Shown piece by piece: positions 35,844 through 45,876 of a DNA stretch of 64,000 bases (position 1 is the stretch's first letter; each line of letters starts with the position of its first letter). A program made the translations under genes and the position numbers. The stretch lies in the IMG/VR virus record IMGVR_UViG_3300032675_000001, positions 296,684 to 360,683 of that record, one strand, 5' to 3'. Below the pieces are notes generated by a model. It was not told the origin of the DNA. It ran no database searches and saw only the letters and a list, made by a program, of their open reading frames with translations.

Positions 35844-38435
35844 TTATGATGAAACAGGACGAACCGCAAACACATCACGCGCCTGTGATGGTGTTAGCCC
35901 GTGGCTACCAAGATTTACATAATCACGCAATCTTACGATTGCATCATGCTCGCTTCTTGCCGGAAATACTGAACCTGGAACCGGCTGATTGGTTCTAGTG
36001 TCAATCAAATGATATGGTTTAGGTGCTTCTGCCAATCTTTGGTTCTGTCTTATAACATAACCTTCTGCATAACGTGGATCGAACTCCTGTCTAACCGCAG
36101 TTACAGACCCAGCAGGGAATTTTTCATAATCCAGTTTGGTAGCTATATCTGACGCTTCTTCTTCGGATTTAGCTACCACATAATCATACCCATTCATATT
36201 ATGAACACGATACATTTTAATGTCGGAAGGGTCAATGGGATTTGCGTCAATTTCTTCACGTTCTTTACGCTGACGAATCATGTCTTCTTGTGCTCTTTTG
36301 TATGCTTCAACACTGTTATCAGAAGGACTATCTTCATATACATGACATGCAATATTATTTTCACTAATGCTAGGTTCTATCTGCTTAGCAATAGCGGTTG
36401 CTTCATCAACACTTTTTGCAGCTATATAACCATTGAAGCGTTCTCTCCATATAACCGAGGCAAATTCTCTGACAATAAATATTTTTTCACGGCTTAGCCA
36501 CTTTTCAGCAAATGCAAGTTTTTCGTTTTGAAGATTCAATAAGTTTCTTGCATCCCTAAGTGATAACAATCTGTCCAGTTCAGAGACTCTAATATCGACC
36601 GCGCTAGATGGTATTTTTGCGAACGGAGATTCAATAGTTTTAACAATGTTCTCAGCCTCCTCTTCCGACTTAGCAAGAACAAGCATTACTTTACTATTAT
36701 ATTCTATCTTATATTCTTTAAGTTCACTATCAACATCAATATGATGTCTTTTAACGGTTACATACTGTACAGTATTTTTATTGAATATTTTTGGCTCATA
36801 TCCTTGTGCAGCCTTCAATGCCTCCGCACCATTATCTACTTGAGGAGTATTCTTGATGTAAACAGTGTGATGCTTTTCACCATCATCATAAATGACTTCC
36901 CAATCACCATCATCTACTTGATCATCATTAAGCCTAATAACACCATTTTTTGACAAACGATCTGCTTTTTTGAACATCAGTTCATCAGCATATCTTTGTT
37001 TAGTGATGTCACCAGCCATATATTTTGCAAACAAACTCGTTTGTTCACTTTTTTGAGTTGATGGAAGTGCTTTATACAATGCCTTCAAGTATTCTTTACG
37101 ATACTTTTGTGGATCACATGCGGCATCAAGTGCCACTACATATCTAAGCACGGTGTTTTTAAGTTTATCTATATTATCATCAAGCCAATTATTTCCAGGT
37201 GCGCGGATTTCAACCCATCCTGACTTAGTATTGACGCTTGTGTATTTGTCAGTGTTTCCGGAATGTAGGACCTTACTTGCTATTTCTTCCATTCCTGATC
37301 GTAGTTTCGTGAGTAATTGTTCTACCTTTTTTTGATCGGTTGCTCTATCTTTAATGATTTCAAGTGATGATTCTGCATAATACCATCCCGTTCTTCCGAA
37401 AATTTCAAGAACATGTTCATCACCAGACAATAATACAAGTTTTACCCAATCAAGTTTGTCGCGACTATAATTTGGCACGCTAATGTTTACGTGAAGACCA
37501 CAATCTGAATTGGTTTTGCAACCGTAATCTTTTGCCCATTCAATTATCTTGTCCATGTCATCAAACGTTTCCGTTATTCCCGGTGGTGGAGTTGGACTGA
37601 TCAATTCCAGCCCATCATATCCATCTATGGGATTTTTGTCACCGACACTAGAATCTCTTTCTAAAGAATATCCGTCTGGTCTTCTTGGAGCAGAGTGATA
37701 GCTTGTTCCAACATAAACTTTTTTTCCTAAAGCGGATGAAATTTCCTCACCAACTTCATCGATGGAAACATTCCCTTGAGTAGGATATGTCCAGTGTGGC
37801 CAAGTAATGTCTGCTCTTCTCAGATTACGAATAACATCCGACATGTTTCTGATACCAATGGAACGTAAAAAGTCTTGTTGACTTAAGTTAACATAATCAT
37901 ATCCATCCATAAACTCTTCACGGGCATCATCGTAATAAGAATCTTCCTCATCCCAAGACTTTTTTGCTGCTTCTTTATAGTCTTCTGGAGTTGGTTCATA
38001 TTCTTCTTCGTCGTTTACTTCTCTTTCCAAATATTCAGCAATGTCTTCATCTGATACGTTGTTTTTGATCCAGTAGTATAACTCTTGTTTACCATCGGAT
38101 GCCCAGATTTCAATTTTTTGTTCATCTGCCCATTCACGAAATCTTTCTTCAAGTTCTTCACGCAAGTCATTGATTTCACTTCTGCCATTATAATCACCAT
38201 CATGAAAGAAGTTACAAATGTCATCAATGTCATTTGCGCGTTCGTCGGCATCCCAATCTTCTTCCCGATCAGCATCCTCATCGTTTCCCTCTACATCAGG
38301 GACAAACATTTCATATTCAATGCCAACTTTAGCATCAACATTGCTAGCAAGCTTCTTTAGGTTTGAAGGAGACATTTCTACTTCAAATAGTTGTTGCTGT
38401 GCCTCATAAAGGTCAAGGAAGTGTTTTGCTCTCAC
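35844..38435 (-). CDS. amidoligase protein, tandem paralogue
   Basis: VGIEYEM, ERDSSV, LELISP, CGLHVNIS, KY.SVN, VEIR; N-terminus nearly identical to 33582-35816. Confidence 0.8.
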   Translation of the reverse strand: MRAKHFLDLYEAQQQLFEVEMSPSNLKKLASNVDAKVGIEYEMFVPDVEGNDEDADREEDWDADERANDIDDICNFFHDGDYNGRSEINDLREELEERFREWADEQKIEIWASDGKQELYYWIKNNVSDEDIAEYLEREVNDEEEYEPTPEDYKEAAKKSWDEEDSYYDDAREEFMDGYDYVNLSQQDFLRSIGIRNMSDVIRNLRRADITWPHWTYPTQGNVSIDEVGEEISSALGKKVYVGTSYHSAPRRPDGYSLERDSSVGDKNPIDGYDGLELISPTPPPGITETFDDMDKIIEWAKDYGCKTNSDCGLHVNISVPNYSRDKLDWVKLVLLSGDEHVLEIFGRTGWYYAESSLEIIKDRATDQKKVEQLLTKLRSGMEEIASKVLHSGNTDKYTSVNTKSGWVEIRAPGNNWLDDNIDKLKNTVLRYVVALDAACDPQKYRKEYLKALYKALPSTQKSEQTSLFAKYMAGDITKQRYADELMFKKADRLSKNGVIRLNDDQVDDGDWEVIYDDGEKHHTVYIKNTPQVDNGAEALKAAQGYEPKIFNKNTVQYVTVKRHHIDVDSELKEYKIEYNSKVMLVLAKSEEEAENIVKTIESPFAKIPSSAVDIRVSELDRLLSLRDARNLLNLQNEKLAFAEKWLSREKIFIVREFASVIWRERFNGYIAAKSVDEATAIAKQIEPSISENNIACHVYEDSPSDNSVEAYKRAQEDMIRQRKEREEIDANPIDPSDIKMYRVHNMNGYDYVVAKSEEEASDIATKLDYEKFPAGSVTAVRQEFDPRYAEGYVIRQNQRLAEAPKPYHLIDTRTNQPVPGSVFPARSEHDAIVRLRDYVNLGSHGLTPSQARDVFAVRPVSS

Positions 38436-38438
38436 GTG

Positions 38439-38882
38439 TTATGCTCGCGAAGTTTTAAGAATTGAACGCAACATCCAGTTATGCTTACCATGAGCATCAA
38501 TGCGTTCTGCAATGAAGTTTGCAATACCTTGCTCATCCGCGTCTTCTGCAAGATGAAATGCTTCTTTCCACATTGCAAGTAATCTCTGATTATCTTCGTA
38601 GAGTTCTTGCATCATCAACTCTGCACGAGGAATCTTTATTTGGTCCTGTATCTGGCTTAACTCAGAAAAACGAACAAGGCTACCTGGAGCATATGAATCA
38701 AGTTGACGAATCATTTCGGCAGTACGATCAATAGAGTTATCATACACTTCTGAATATAGTTCATCAAGAAACTTGTGATATTGAGGGAAATCAGCGCCTT
38801 CAATATTCCAATGAAAGTTTTGCGTTTTGATTGAAAACGCATAAGATGTTGCTAATAGTGTTTTCAGTGCGTCAGCGAGCAT
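38439..38882 (-). CDS. dps: Dps/ferritin-like protein
   Basis: NFHWNIEG.DF..YH..L.E.Y.E....D..AE; WMLRS. Confidence 0.9.
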   Translation of the reverse strand: MLADALKTLLATSYAFSIKTQNFHWNIEGADFPQYHKFLDELYSEVYDNSIDRTAEMIRQLDSYAPGSLVRFSELSQIQDQIKIPRAELMMQELYEDNQRLLAMWKEAFHLAEDADEQGIANFIAERIDAHGKHNWMLRSILKTSRA

Positions 38883-38905
38883 TGATATAATCCTTATTGG
38901 ACTAT

Positions 38906-40447
38906 TTATGCTTCCTCATTCACATCAACATACTTAATAGGCTTATGTGACATCGCTGCTGCCAATGCTCTGTGGTGTCCATCAATGATTCTATCACCTG
39001 CAAGCACTATTATTTGCTGGGAAAGATTAGGATTATTTTGATAATCAGATACTATAGCTTCCTGTTCAGGTTGCATTTTATAAAACAAATCTTCTAAATC
39101 ATCAACACCATATTGATTTGATAGTACCTGTTCCAACACAAATGGTTGAATGGTATGAACAGTAAATGGTATATCAAAGTCATTATCACCTACAAAGTTC
39201 CAAATCATTTCATCATGATCAGGATAAGCACCATCATAAATGTCTGATAGAGTTATAGTTTGGTTGCCTACACTTTCATATGTGCTGGCTAATGTTCTTC
39301 GCTGTCCACGACCATGATGCTTAGTATATTGATGTTCTTGCTCATATGTGGTTGGACCACCCACCATTGCTCCACCACTGTTACCTGCTGATCCACCACC
39401 TAACCCAGTGCTTACTGTTTCATTCTGGACATAGCTGTGCCCTCTACGTGCAGGGTCCCAATCACCATTATCATCGTCACTATCATCAACATCAAGATAG
39501 CTATTATTGCCCCATGTGTCATAATCCTGATCATCGTGATCATCTTGATAGCCATGGTGTTTATGATCATCAAGCATATCAAGTGCATCATATAGTTGAT
39601 GAAGCGGAACCCCAGCGTGAGAATATCCTATTTTGACCATTTGAATATATTGTCTTGATGGAACTGTTCCTTGCACCCGTCTAAGTGTATAAGGAGTCAT
39701 TACATAAACTTCTGCTACATATTTCTCGCCATCACAGTATACGGGATATGTTCTACGATCATATAGCTCTGGATACCCTTCAACCTGATCAAGTTGACTT
39801 ATAATACGTCTATCAACTTCCCATAAGCAGCCATAAACTTTACTACCGCTATGTGGTTCTACGTTTGCATATTGATACATTACATATTCAAAGTTGCGAA
39901 GTTCGGCAACTCCAATCAGATGAATACCTTCCATGTTATTTGGATCACACAGCATACCATAACTGAAATAGTATGTCGGAAGTCCCCCTGCCTCGTGTAG
40001 TTCTTGATTGCTAGAAACGTCTTTTGGTGCATTTTCTATCTGTTCAAGTGGAAGACCGTGTTCTGTATATCCTTCCTCACAACTTTCAACATACCATTCT
40101 GGTGTATCTGGTTTGTTTTTATGAGTAGGGTCCATGATATAAGTCATTGCTCTTACTGGACCATGTTCTGTGTCTATTTGGACTGGGACACGATTATATG
40201 CTTTATGCAATCCTTCATCATGATCCAACTCTTTTAGGTCTTTGGTATTGACTCTCCAAAGAATGCCGTAGCATTGTGTATCATCTTCATTTTCAAGATC
40301 AGCATAGTGACGGAATACAAGTTTAAAGTTCTTCAATACACCTTTGCCGAGCAGCTTGGCAGAAGGGCATCGTTCTTTCATGATATGAGTATTTGTGTTG
40401 TGACCATATGCAAAGTAGTTAATGGTTTCAACTTCATCTGCTCTCAC
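38906..40447 (-). CDS. tandem GGCT domains + C-terminal ParB/Srx-like domain
   Basis: start reassigned to GTG 40447 (MRADEV); YFAYGHN, YFSYGML, LD..EG..Y.R twice; IIDGHHR. Confidence 0.8.
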   Translation of the reverse strand: MRADEVETINYFAYGHNTNTHIMKERCPSAKLLGKGVLKNFKLVFRHYADLENEDDTQCYGILWRVNTKDLKELDHDEGLHKAYNRVPVQIDTEHGPVRAMTYIMDPTHKNKPDTPEWYVESCEEGYTEHGLPLEQIENAPKDVSSNQELHEAGGLPTYYFSYGMLCDPNNMEGIHLIGVAELRNFEYVMYQYANVEPHSGSKVYGCLWEVDRRIISQLDQVEGYPELYDRRTYPVYCDGEKYVAEVYVMTPYTLRRVQGTVPSRQYIQMVKIGYSHAGVPLHQLYDALDMLDDHKHHGYQDDHDDQDYDTWGNNSYLDVDDSDDDNGDWDPARRGHSYVQNETVSTGLGGGSAGNSGGAMVGGPTTYEQEHQYTKHHGRGQRRTLASTYESVGNQTITLSDIYDGAYPDHDEMIWNFVGDNDFDIPFTVHTIQPFVLEQVLSNQYGVDDLEDLFYKMQPEQEAIVSDYQNNPNLSQQIIVLAGDRIIDGHHRALAAAMSHKPIKYVDVNEEA

Positions 40448-40451
40448 GTGA

Positions 40452-40973
40452 TCAGCCCTTTGTCCACAATAACAAGTTATAGTTTCCACGACTGCTGGTC
40501 CAACTATCACCAGTCTTTTTGAAACCACCAAACTGCAGTAGTTTATTTATGGTAGTATTTTCTTCACGAGTAGTTGCGAATATTGGCGCATTAGTACTAC
40601 GAACAAGATTGCGGCACAAATATATGCCTACTCCTCTTGTACGATATTCTGATTTCACGAATGCATAACCGATTTCTAGGTTATAACGTCTTTCCAATTC
40701 TGGAACATTAGCTTCAATGAATACTTTGTGACGATAGACATTGATTGGATTTTTTAATGCAATAACGCCAACCGCCCTATCACCATCCATTGCATATGCA
40801 ATGCTCTCTGCATTTCTGAGATTCTTGTCTACAACGACCATATCAACTTCTGAACCTTCGGCAATCAACTGTGATAGTTGTGCCATTACATTGCGGCTAA
40901 TGTTACTCGCATTTCCGATATGATATTGAATAGTGGTTGTCTGATCTTCAAACAGGAACTCAAATGCTCTCAC
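40452..40973 (-). CDS. GNAT acetyltransferase
   Basis: EIGYAFV..EYR.RGVG; N......L...GF. Confidence 0.8.
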   Translation of the reverse strand: MRAFEFLFEDQTTTIQYHIGNASNISRNVMAQLSQLIAEGSEVDMVVVDKNLRNAESIAYAMDGDRAVGVIALKNPINVYRHKVFIEANVPELERRYNLEIGYAFVKSEYRTRGVGIYLCRNLVRSTNAPIFATTREENTTINKLLQFGGFKKTGDSWTSSRGNYNLLLWTKG

Positions 40974-42018
40974 CAGTTATTCCTTTTAGAATAGCACTTT
41001 CCTTTTTCATATGAGTTCCAGCCATCTTTGGTTTGAACTTGCGATATGATTGGCCAGCATAACCGCCTTGACCCATACCGCCGCCATATGAAGTGTCTTC
41101 TTCAAGTTCTCCATCTGCTTGACTGCCATCACAGTCATAATCACAGTTAACATCTCCACAATAGTCGCACTCAATCCATCCTACACCATGTCTGTGTTCA
41201 TCGTCATGTTGTTTTGAGAATGCATCTTTGTATTTGTCGTATTCTGTTTTTTTCTTTTTAAACGGAACCACATCGCCTTCATCCAACTCGCCAGCAGGAT
41301 GGGCGCGATAAGAAGTTGCGTTGTCAAAACTATCAAACTCATTGAGTTTTCCAGCAGGCTTTATTTTTACTTGACGCCATCCACCTTCTTGATAACCGAC
41401 TGCTGGGTAATCTGGATTCTCACTGATGGCACCTCTAAATGATCTATCCTTTAGACCACCATAAGGATTCACTGCTGGGGTTTTTTCTGCTGCAAAACGC
41501 ATATCAGTGTCTTCACCGAAATAAAGATTCTTCATTTCTTCTTCGGCGGCTGCGATAGTGTTTAGTGTATTAGCAAGTTGCTTGACGTTGTATGCAGCAG
41601 CTTTGAATGAACCTTTACTAATGTCATTTGCTAATGCAGTGGCTTCACCATGTGCTTTCTTCTTTAATCGTGATAGACTCATTGTTCCGGCACCACCAAG
41701 AATAGCAACTTCTGGATCGTCCTTATCATGACCTACAATAACGCCTTCTTTTACAGGAACACAAATATCCTTGCCGTCTTTGGTTCCAGCATATCTTTTG
41801 CCTTTCCAGCAACGCTTGCCGTCTGCACCCTTTTTGGCTTCTGTCTCATGCATTTCCTGCTTGATTTCAATCTTTTTGTTAGGGAACTTTACTCGCAACC
41901 TGTCTGCATCTTTTCTTGCTTCGGCTTGGTTGGCATATTTGGTTGAAGGCTTTCCATCAATATAGATAACCGAAACACTTTCAGATTCGTCAATAAGCCC
42001 CTTGATGATTGAACTCAT
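40960..42018 (-). CDS. modular late protein (probable head-internal)
   Basis: short modules separated by [ILV]xE; CWKG..Y.G.K....CVP module. Confidence 0.65.
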   Translation of the reverse strand: MSSIIKGLIDESESVSVIYIDGKPSTKYANQAEARKDADRLRVKFPNKKIEIKQEMHETEAKKGADGKRCWKGKRYAGTKDGKDICVPVKEGVIVGHDKDDPEVAILGGAGTMSLSRLKKKAHGEATALANDISKGSFKAAAYNVKQLANTLNTIAAAEEEMKNLYFGEDTDMRFAAEKTPAVNPYGGLKDRSFRGAISENPDYPAVGYQEGGWRQVKIKPAGKLNEFDSFDNATSYRAHPAGELDEGDVVPFKKKKTEYDKYKDAFSKQHDDEHRHGVGWIECDYCGDVNCDYDCDGSQADGELEEDTSYGGGMGQGGYAGQSYRKFKPKMAGTHMKKESAILKGITGESI

Positions 42019-42019
42019 T

Positions 42020-42691
42020 TTACTTACCCTTTTTGTGGTTTCTGTTGTTTAAATATCCACGTTTGTTGGCAGTTGCCCAAGCAATATCAGTTGCCTTGTC
42101 TTTTGACTTTCCTGCTTCACGTTCTGACTTGGCAATGTGCTTTACCATGCGATCAACTTTGGCACCTTCAAACGCTACACCACCAGCGATAGTTCCACCA
42201 TTTGGAATAGATTCAAAAGGCTTACCCGCATCCTGTTGACTTGCAAGATACTGCATTGTAGATGACATCATAGCCTTGATGCCACCGATCTTTTCTGATA
42301 CCCATTCAGGGAACTGATCTTTGTCAGAAAGTCTCTTTTCTAGTTCTGATGCTAGACGAACAATAGTGCGAAGGCTGTTTTTAAGGGTTTCACCTTCGTG
42401 TTCAGCTTTATCTGGATCATGAGGAACAAAGCCCGTTCTAGTATTACGGCCTTGACCGGGAACTACGATAATGTCTTCTTCATCAAGATGTGCTTCTGAA
42501 ACTTTCTTGGACTCACTGATAGAGTTGGCATAAGGACCCTTCTTCTTAGCCTTGCCCTTCATAACTTTAGATGCAGGTTGAAGTCCAGGAACATCTACAG
42601 ATTCCTTGGTTCTCTTTTGTGTAGTCATTGGCATCGCAACTGTTGCAACTGATCCTGCACACGTAGATTCGAAGATATCACTAATTTTCAT
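42020..42691 (-). CDS. modular late protein (probable head-internal)
   Basis: MKISDIFE start; late TAAATA 42715-42720; AWATANK C-terminal module. Confidence 0.65.
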   Translation of the reverse strand: MKISDIFESTCAGSVATVAMPMTTQKRTKESVDVPGLQPASKVMKGKAKKKGPYANSISESKKVSEAHLDEEDIIVVPGQGRNTRTGFVPHDPDKAEHEGETLKNSLRTIVRLASELEKRLSDKDQFPEWVSEKIGGIKAMMSSTMQYLASQQDAGKPFESIPNGGTIAGGVAFEGAKVDRMVKHIAKSEREAGKSKDKATDIAWATANKRGYLNNRNHKKGK

Positions 42692-42728
42692 TTATTAAAT
42701 CCTTGCTGATCTAGTATTTATCAAAAAC

Positions 42729-42757
42729 AAAAAAAGAGCCTCCATTTCTGGAGGCTC
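42729..42757 (-). terminator. intrinsic terminator
   Basis: GAGCCTCCA-GAAA-TGGAGGCTC followed by T7. Confidence 0.9.
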
Positions 42758-42784
42758 AAGTTTGCGCTAACTTATATTAATCTA

Positions 42785-43759
42785 TTAGGCTGCTTTCTTG
42801 GCCTTAGCCTTAGTTGCCTTTACTGGGGTTGCGATTCCAGCGGCAGTCAATGCTGCGGCTGTGGCATCTTCTGGTGCCGGTGCTGCTGCAGCCTCTGCCG
42901 CTGCCCTCTGTTGCTGTGCTTCAACGAACATCGGTCCAACAGTGTTGAGCAAGTGTTCCTGATTTTCCATACAGAATACATACGAACCAGAGTGGCGAAG
43001 CAATACGCGCTTGTCAACCCAGATACGACCACCAAGATCGCGCCAGTTTTCACAGAAAGTCCAGTCTTCAGAATAGTAACGATTCTGACGAACTGCGGTG
43101 TCGAAGTAGGTCTTTAAGTACTGATCGTACTTTGGATCAAGACCAATGTCATTCTTATACTGCTTTACAGCAGGATGTGCATTGAGCTTTTCAAAGACAT
43201 GCTTCTTCATGAGAAGGAAGCCTGTACCAGCCTTTGAAACTTCCTGAAGTCCATCTGGACCTTCTTCGGCACCTTCAAACCCGTTAACAACCCACTTGAT
43301 GGGCATAGTCTTCATTGGGTACAAACCACCGATAACGTCAACGTCCCTGTTCAAGAGGACCAGCAAATGCCAAGGTTCCCAACCGATATCAGCGTCAACG
43401 AAGAACAAGTGTGTTGCATCGGGCATGTCTAAAAACTTAGCAGTAAGAGTGTTACGTGCTCTGCTGATAAGAGATTCGTTTACCATTGTCTCAAGAGTCC
43501 AGTCAATGCCCAACTGGCGAGCAGTATTTGCCCACTTGATGAATGACATAAAAGTTGATTCAGTCAACATGCCGCCGTAGCAAGGCATTGCGATATGAAC
43601 CTTAGTTGTGCGAAGGAAGTCAACGTTAACTTGAATCTGTCCTTCTTGTGGCTGCTGTTCCTGAGCAGCCTGTTCAGCAATTTCCTGTACCTTTTCGACT
43701 GGAACAGTGCGTTCTTCGCCATTAGGTGCAATATTCTTAGTAGTTGGTTTACGTGCCAT
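42785..43759 (-). CDS. GT-A fold glycosyltransferase
   Basis: PCYGG, ESLISRARN, FFVDADI (DxD), GTGF, SEDW.FC. Confidence 0.85.
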   Translation of the reverse strand: MARKPTTKNIAPNGEERTVPVEKVQEIAEQAAQEQQPQEGQIQVNVDFLRTTKVHIAMPCYGGMLTESTFMSFIKWANTARQLGIDWTLETMVNESLISRARNTLTAKFLDMPDATHLFFVDADIGWEPWHLLVLLNRDVDVIGGLYPMKTMPIKWVVNGFEGAEEGPDGLQEVSKAGTGFLLMKKHVFEKLNAHPAVKQYKNDIGLDPKYDQYLKTYFDTAVRQNRYYSEDWTFCENWRDLGGRIWVDKRVLLRHSGSYVFCMENQEHLLNTVGPMFVEAQQQRAAAEAAAAPAPEDATAAALTAAGIATPVKATKAKAKKAA

Positions 43760-43817
43760 GTAGTCCTCTTCTTGTTGTAAACTATAAAGATATTTACATC
43801 GTGAAGAGGGGGTGAAA

Positions 43818-45134
43818 TTATTTTTCTTCTAAATAATCCACACTTTCATCTACTTTTTCAGGCTTTTGGGCAACTACTTTTGGTGCTTCCGGTTCTGGGG
43901 ATTTTTTGCTATCAACCTGGTCCTGTAGAGCATTGACACGCTTCATGAGCAGATTGATTTCTTTATCTTGACGCTTATCATCTTCTTCTGAGTGCATGAT
44001 ACTGCGCATCACGAAGCGAAGGAATGCCTGTTGCTTTGATGGCGCTGAAGGATAATGTGTTCTTGCAAACGCAGCAGTCTTGTGAAATTCTGGGTGAGTA
44101 TACAGTCTCTCAAACTCATCATCACTGACTATGTTTCCTTTGTCGTGCTTTTCTTCTGGAAGAAATCTAATCTCTGATCCATTGATCAAATAGAATCCAT
44201 CACCTAAAGATTCCATAACATCTTCGTTTTTTGGCTTCTTGTGGTGCTTCTTCATATTGATGGCAATAGCGGCCTGTTGAGCGGCATTTGCTGCTTCTTC
44301 CACGCTTTCATTCGGAACACAGTTAGGAACAGTTTTGCCATTCTTCTTTTTATTTCCAACTGGCTTGTAGCCTTTCCAGCATGGGTTGGTGTTTTTTAAT
44401 GTCTTCTTAGCCTCGCTAAGTAGTTCAAAAAACTTTGCCTTCTGTTCAAGTGTTGCTTCACTTAATAGTGGCTTTATCTTATTAACCAACTCTCTCACAC
44501 TTTCGGTGATTTGCAAGTTATTGTCAAATGTTTGCTTCATGTGCTGAGCCGCATCACCATACAAATCGGTGAGGATTCTTAACTTAGTTCTATCATTGGC
44601 ACCAGCATATGCTTTGCGAATAGCACTTGCATCACGCATAGTCTTGCCAGCAATTGGAAACTCTTGAACATCCGTAGTCATAACATAAGCATGACCAGTT
44701 CCCGGTGTTCCTTTAGTCATTGGTTGCAGATTCAGAGTTGCTTCCTTGGTGAATGGCTGCATATAACTTGGCTGACCATTCTTTGTTGGCTTGAATGAAA
44801 AGCGAGCGTCCTCATTCATGTCCTTTCCACTCACACCAAATACCAATGCAGTCTTGGTAGGGTCCATTCCCTTGCTTTGAAGGTGATTGGCATATTCCAT
44901 TGCGTTATATGGATTGCGGACAATCAAAATGTTCTTTGCAGGAATACCCAAAGTCTTAGCCATTCTCGCACGATCTTCTGCCAAAAATGGGCTATCAGGT
45001 TGTTCCTGTTTTGCTGAAATGGCAAGCAGTGTATTAGGCAAGCCAAACTTTTCAGCAAGCTGTTTGAAACTTGCTGCATGTCCCTTATGAAATGGGTGGA
45101 AACGCCCAGGCATCACTGCAATTATATTTTTCAT
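43818..45134 (-). CDS. HIGH-family nucleotidyl(cytidylyl)transferase fused to extra modules
   Basis: PGRFHPFHKGH, ASAIR; then CWKGY...VPNCVP and EAANAAQQAAIAI.MKK modules. Confidence 0.8.
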   Translation of the reverse strand: MKNIIAVMPGRFHPFHKGHAASFKQLAEKFGLPNTLLAISAKQEQPDSPFLAEDRARMAKTLGIPAKNILIVRNPYNAMEYANHLQSKGMDPTKTALVFGVSGKDMNEDARFSFKPTKNGQPSYMQPFTKEATLNLQPMTKGTPGTGHAYVMTTDVQEFPIAGKTMRDASAIRKAYAGANDRTKLRILTDLYGDAAQHMKQTFDNNLQITESVRELVNKIKPLLSEATLEQKAKFFELLSEAKKTLKNTNPCWKGYKPVGNKKKNGKTVPNCVPNESVEEAANAAQQAAIAINMKKHHKKPKNEDVMESLGDGFYLINGSEIRFLPEEKHDKGNIVSDDEFERLYTHPEFHKTAAFARTHYPSAPSKQQAFLRFVMRSIMHSEEDDKRQDKEINLLMKRVNALQDQVDSKKSPEPEAPKVVAQKPEKVDESVDYLEEK

Positions 45135-45865
45135 GGTTTATCCTTACATTTGTCGCCATGGAATCTTGCATACATATTATTGGCAAATGATCTTTCGCAA
45201 TACTGGCATGTTGTTCTATGTTTTCGTGATCTCTCTAGACATGCTTCTAAATGGCGTTCCGGAACGCCATTTCTGTGCATCGGATTAATATATCCTTCTG
45301 AATTTGTCAATTCTTTAATCTTTTTACTGATTTTATTTTTAGTAGAATCTGTTATTGTTTGTTTGGATCGTTTTTCTCGCATTAAGATTTTGGTACTGTC
45401 AGTGTGCGTTTTGTTACTCATTCCTGTTGTTTTGCCACGTTTATCGATTGCATCTTGATGCTTAGTTTTCACGACCGGATCATACATTGGGTTGTTCAGA
45501 GTCATTCTCTGAGACATTTCTTTTTTCGCCAGTTCCATGACATAGGAATATGTTCTGCTGTTGGTTTTGTATCTCTCTGATTGATGTTTATTTCCAGAAT
45601 ATGTCATTCGTCTAATAGCATATATCATTTTACTTTTTGCTTGACCAGACGTAATTTTTGTTAACAAGCGATGACATATGAAATGTTCCTTAGGTGTTAA
45701 CTGGACTAAATTTTCCTTAGAGTTAGACCCCCCTAGTGATTTTGGAATAATATGATGAATTTCTGAATATCTATCTGGTGCCAATGTTCTTTTCTTGGCA
45801 AAAGATATGACACTATAATATACTGCAGTATATTTGTTGTTCAGAAATTCATCAAACATTTTCAT
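45131..45865 (-). CDS. HNH homing endonuclease
   Basis: EIHHIIPKSLGGSN...NLV.LT.KEHFI.H.LL; NUMOD3-like repeats. Confidence 0.9.
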   Translation of the reverse strand: MKMFDEFLNNKYTAVYYSVISFAKKRTLAPDRYSEIHHIIPKSLGGSNSKENLVQLTPKEHFICHRLLTKITSGQAKSKMIYAIRRMTYSGNKHQSERYKTNSRTYSYVMELAKKEMSQRMTLNNPMYDPVVKTKHQDAIDKRGKTTGMSNKTHTDSTKILMREKRSKQTITDSTKNKISKKIKELTNSEGYINPMHRNGVPERHLEACLERSRKHRTTCQYCERSFANNMYARFHGDKCKDKP

Positions 45866-45876
45866 TTCATTCCCTC

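Noticed and set aside
40448-40531. N-terminal extension of the GGCT-ParB ORF (and similar extensions at 33621, 35831, 24030, 12160, 58335)
   Set aside because: Extensions overlap upstream genes, promoters or terminators; better starts exist just after the upstream stop or promoter.
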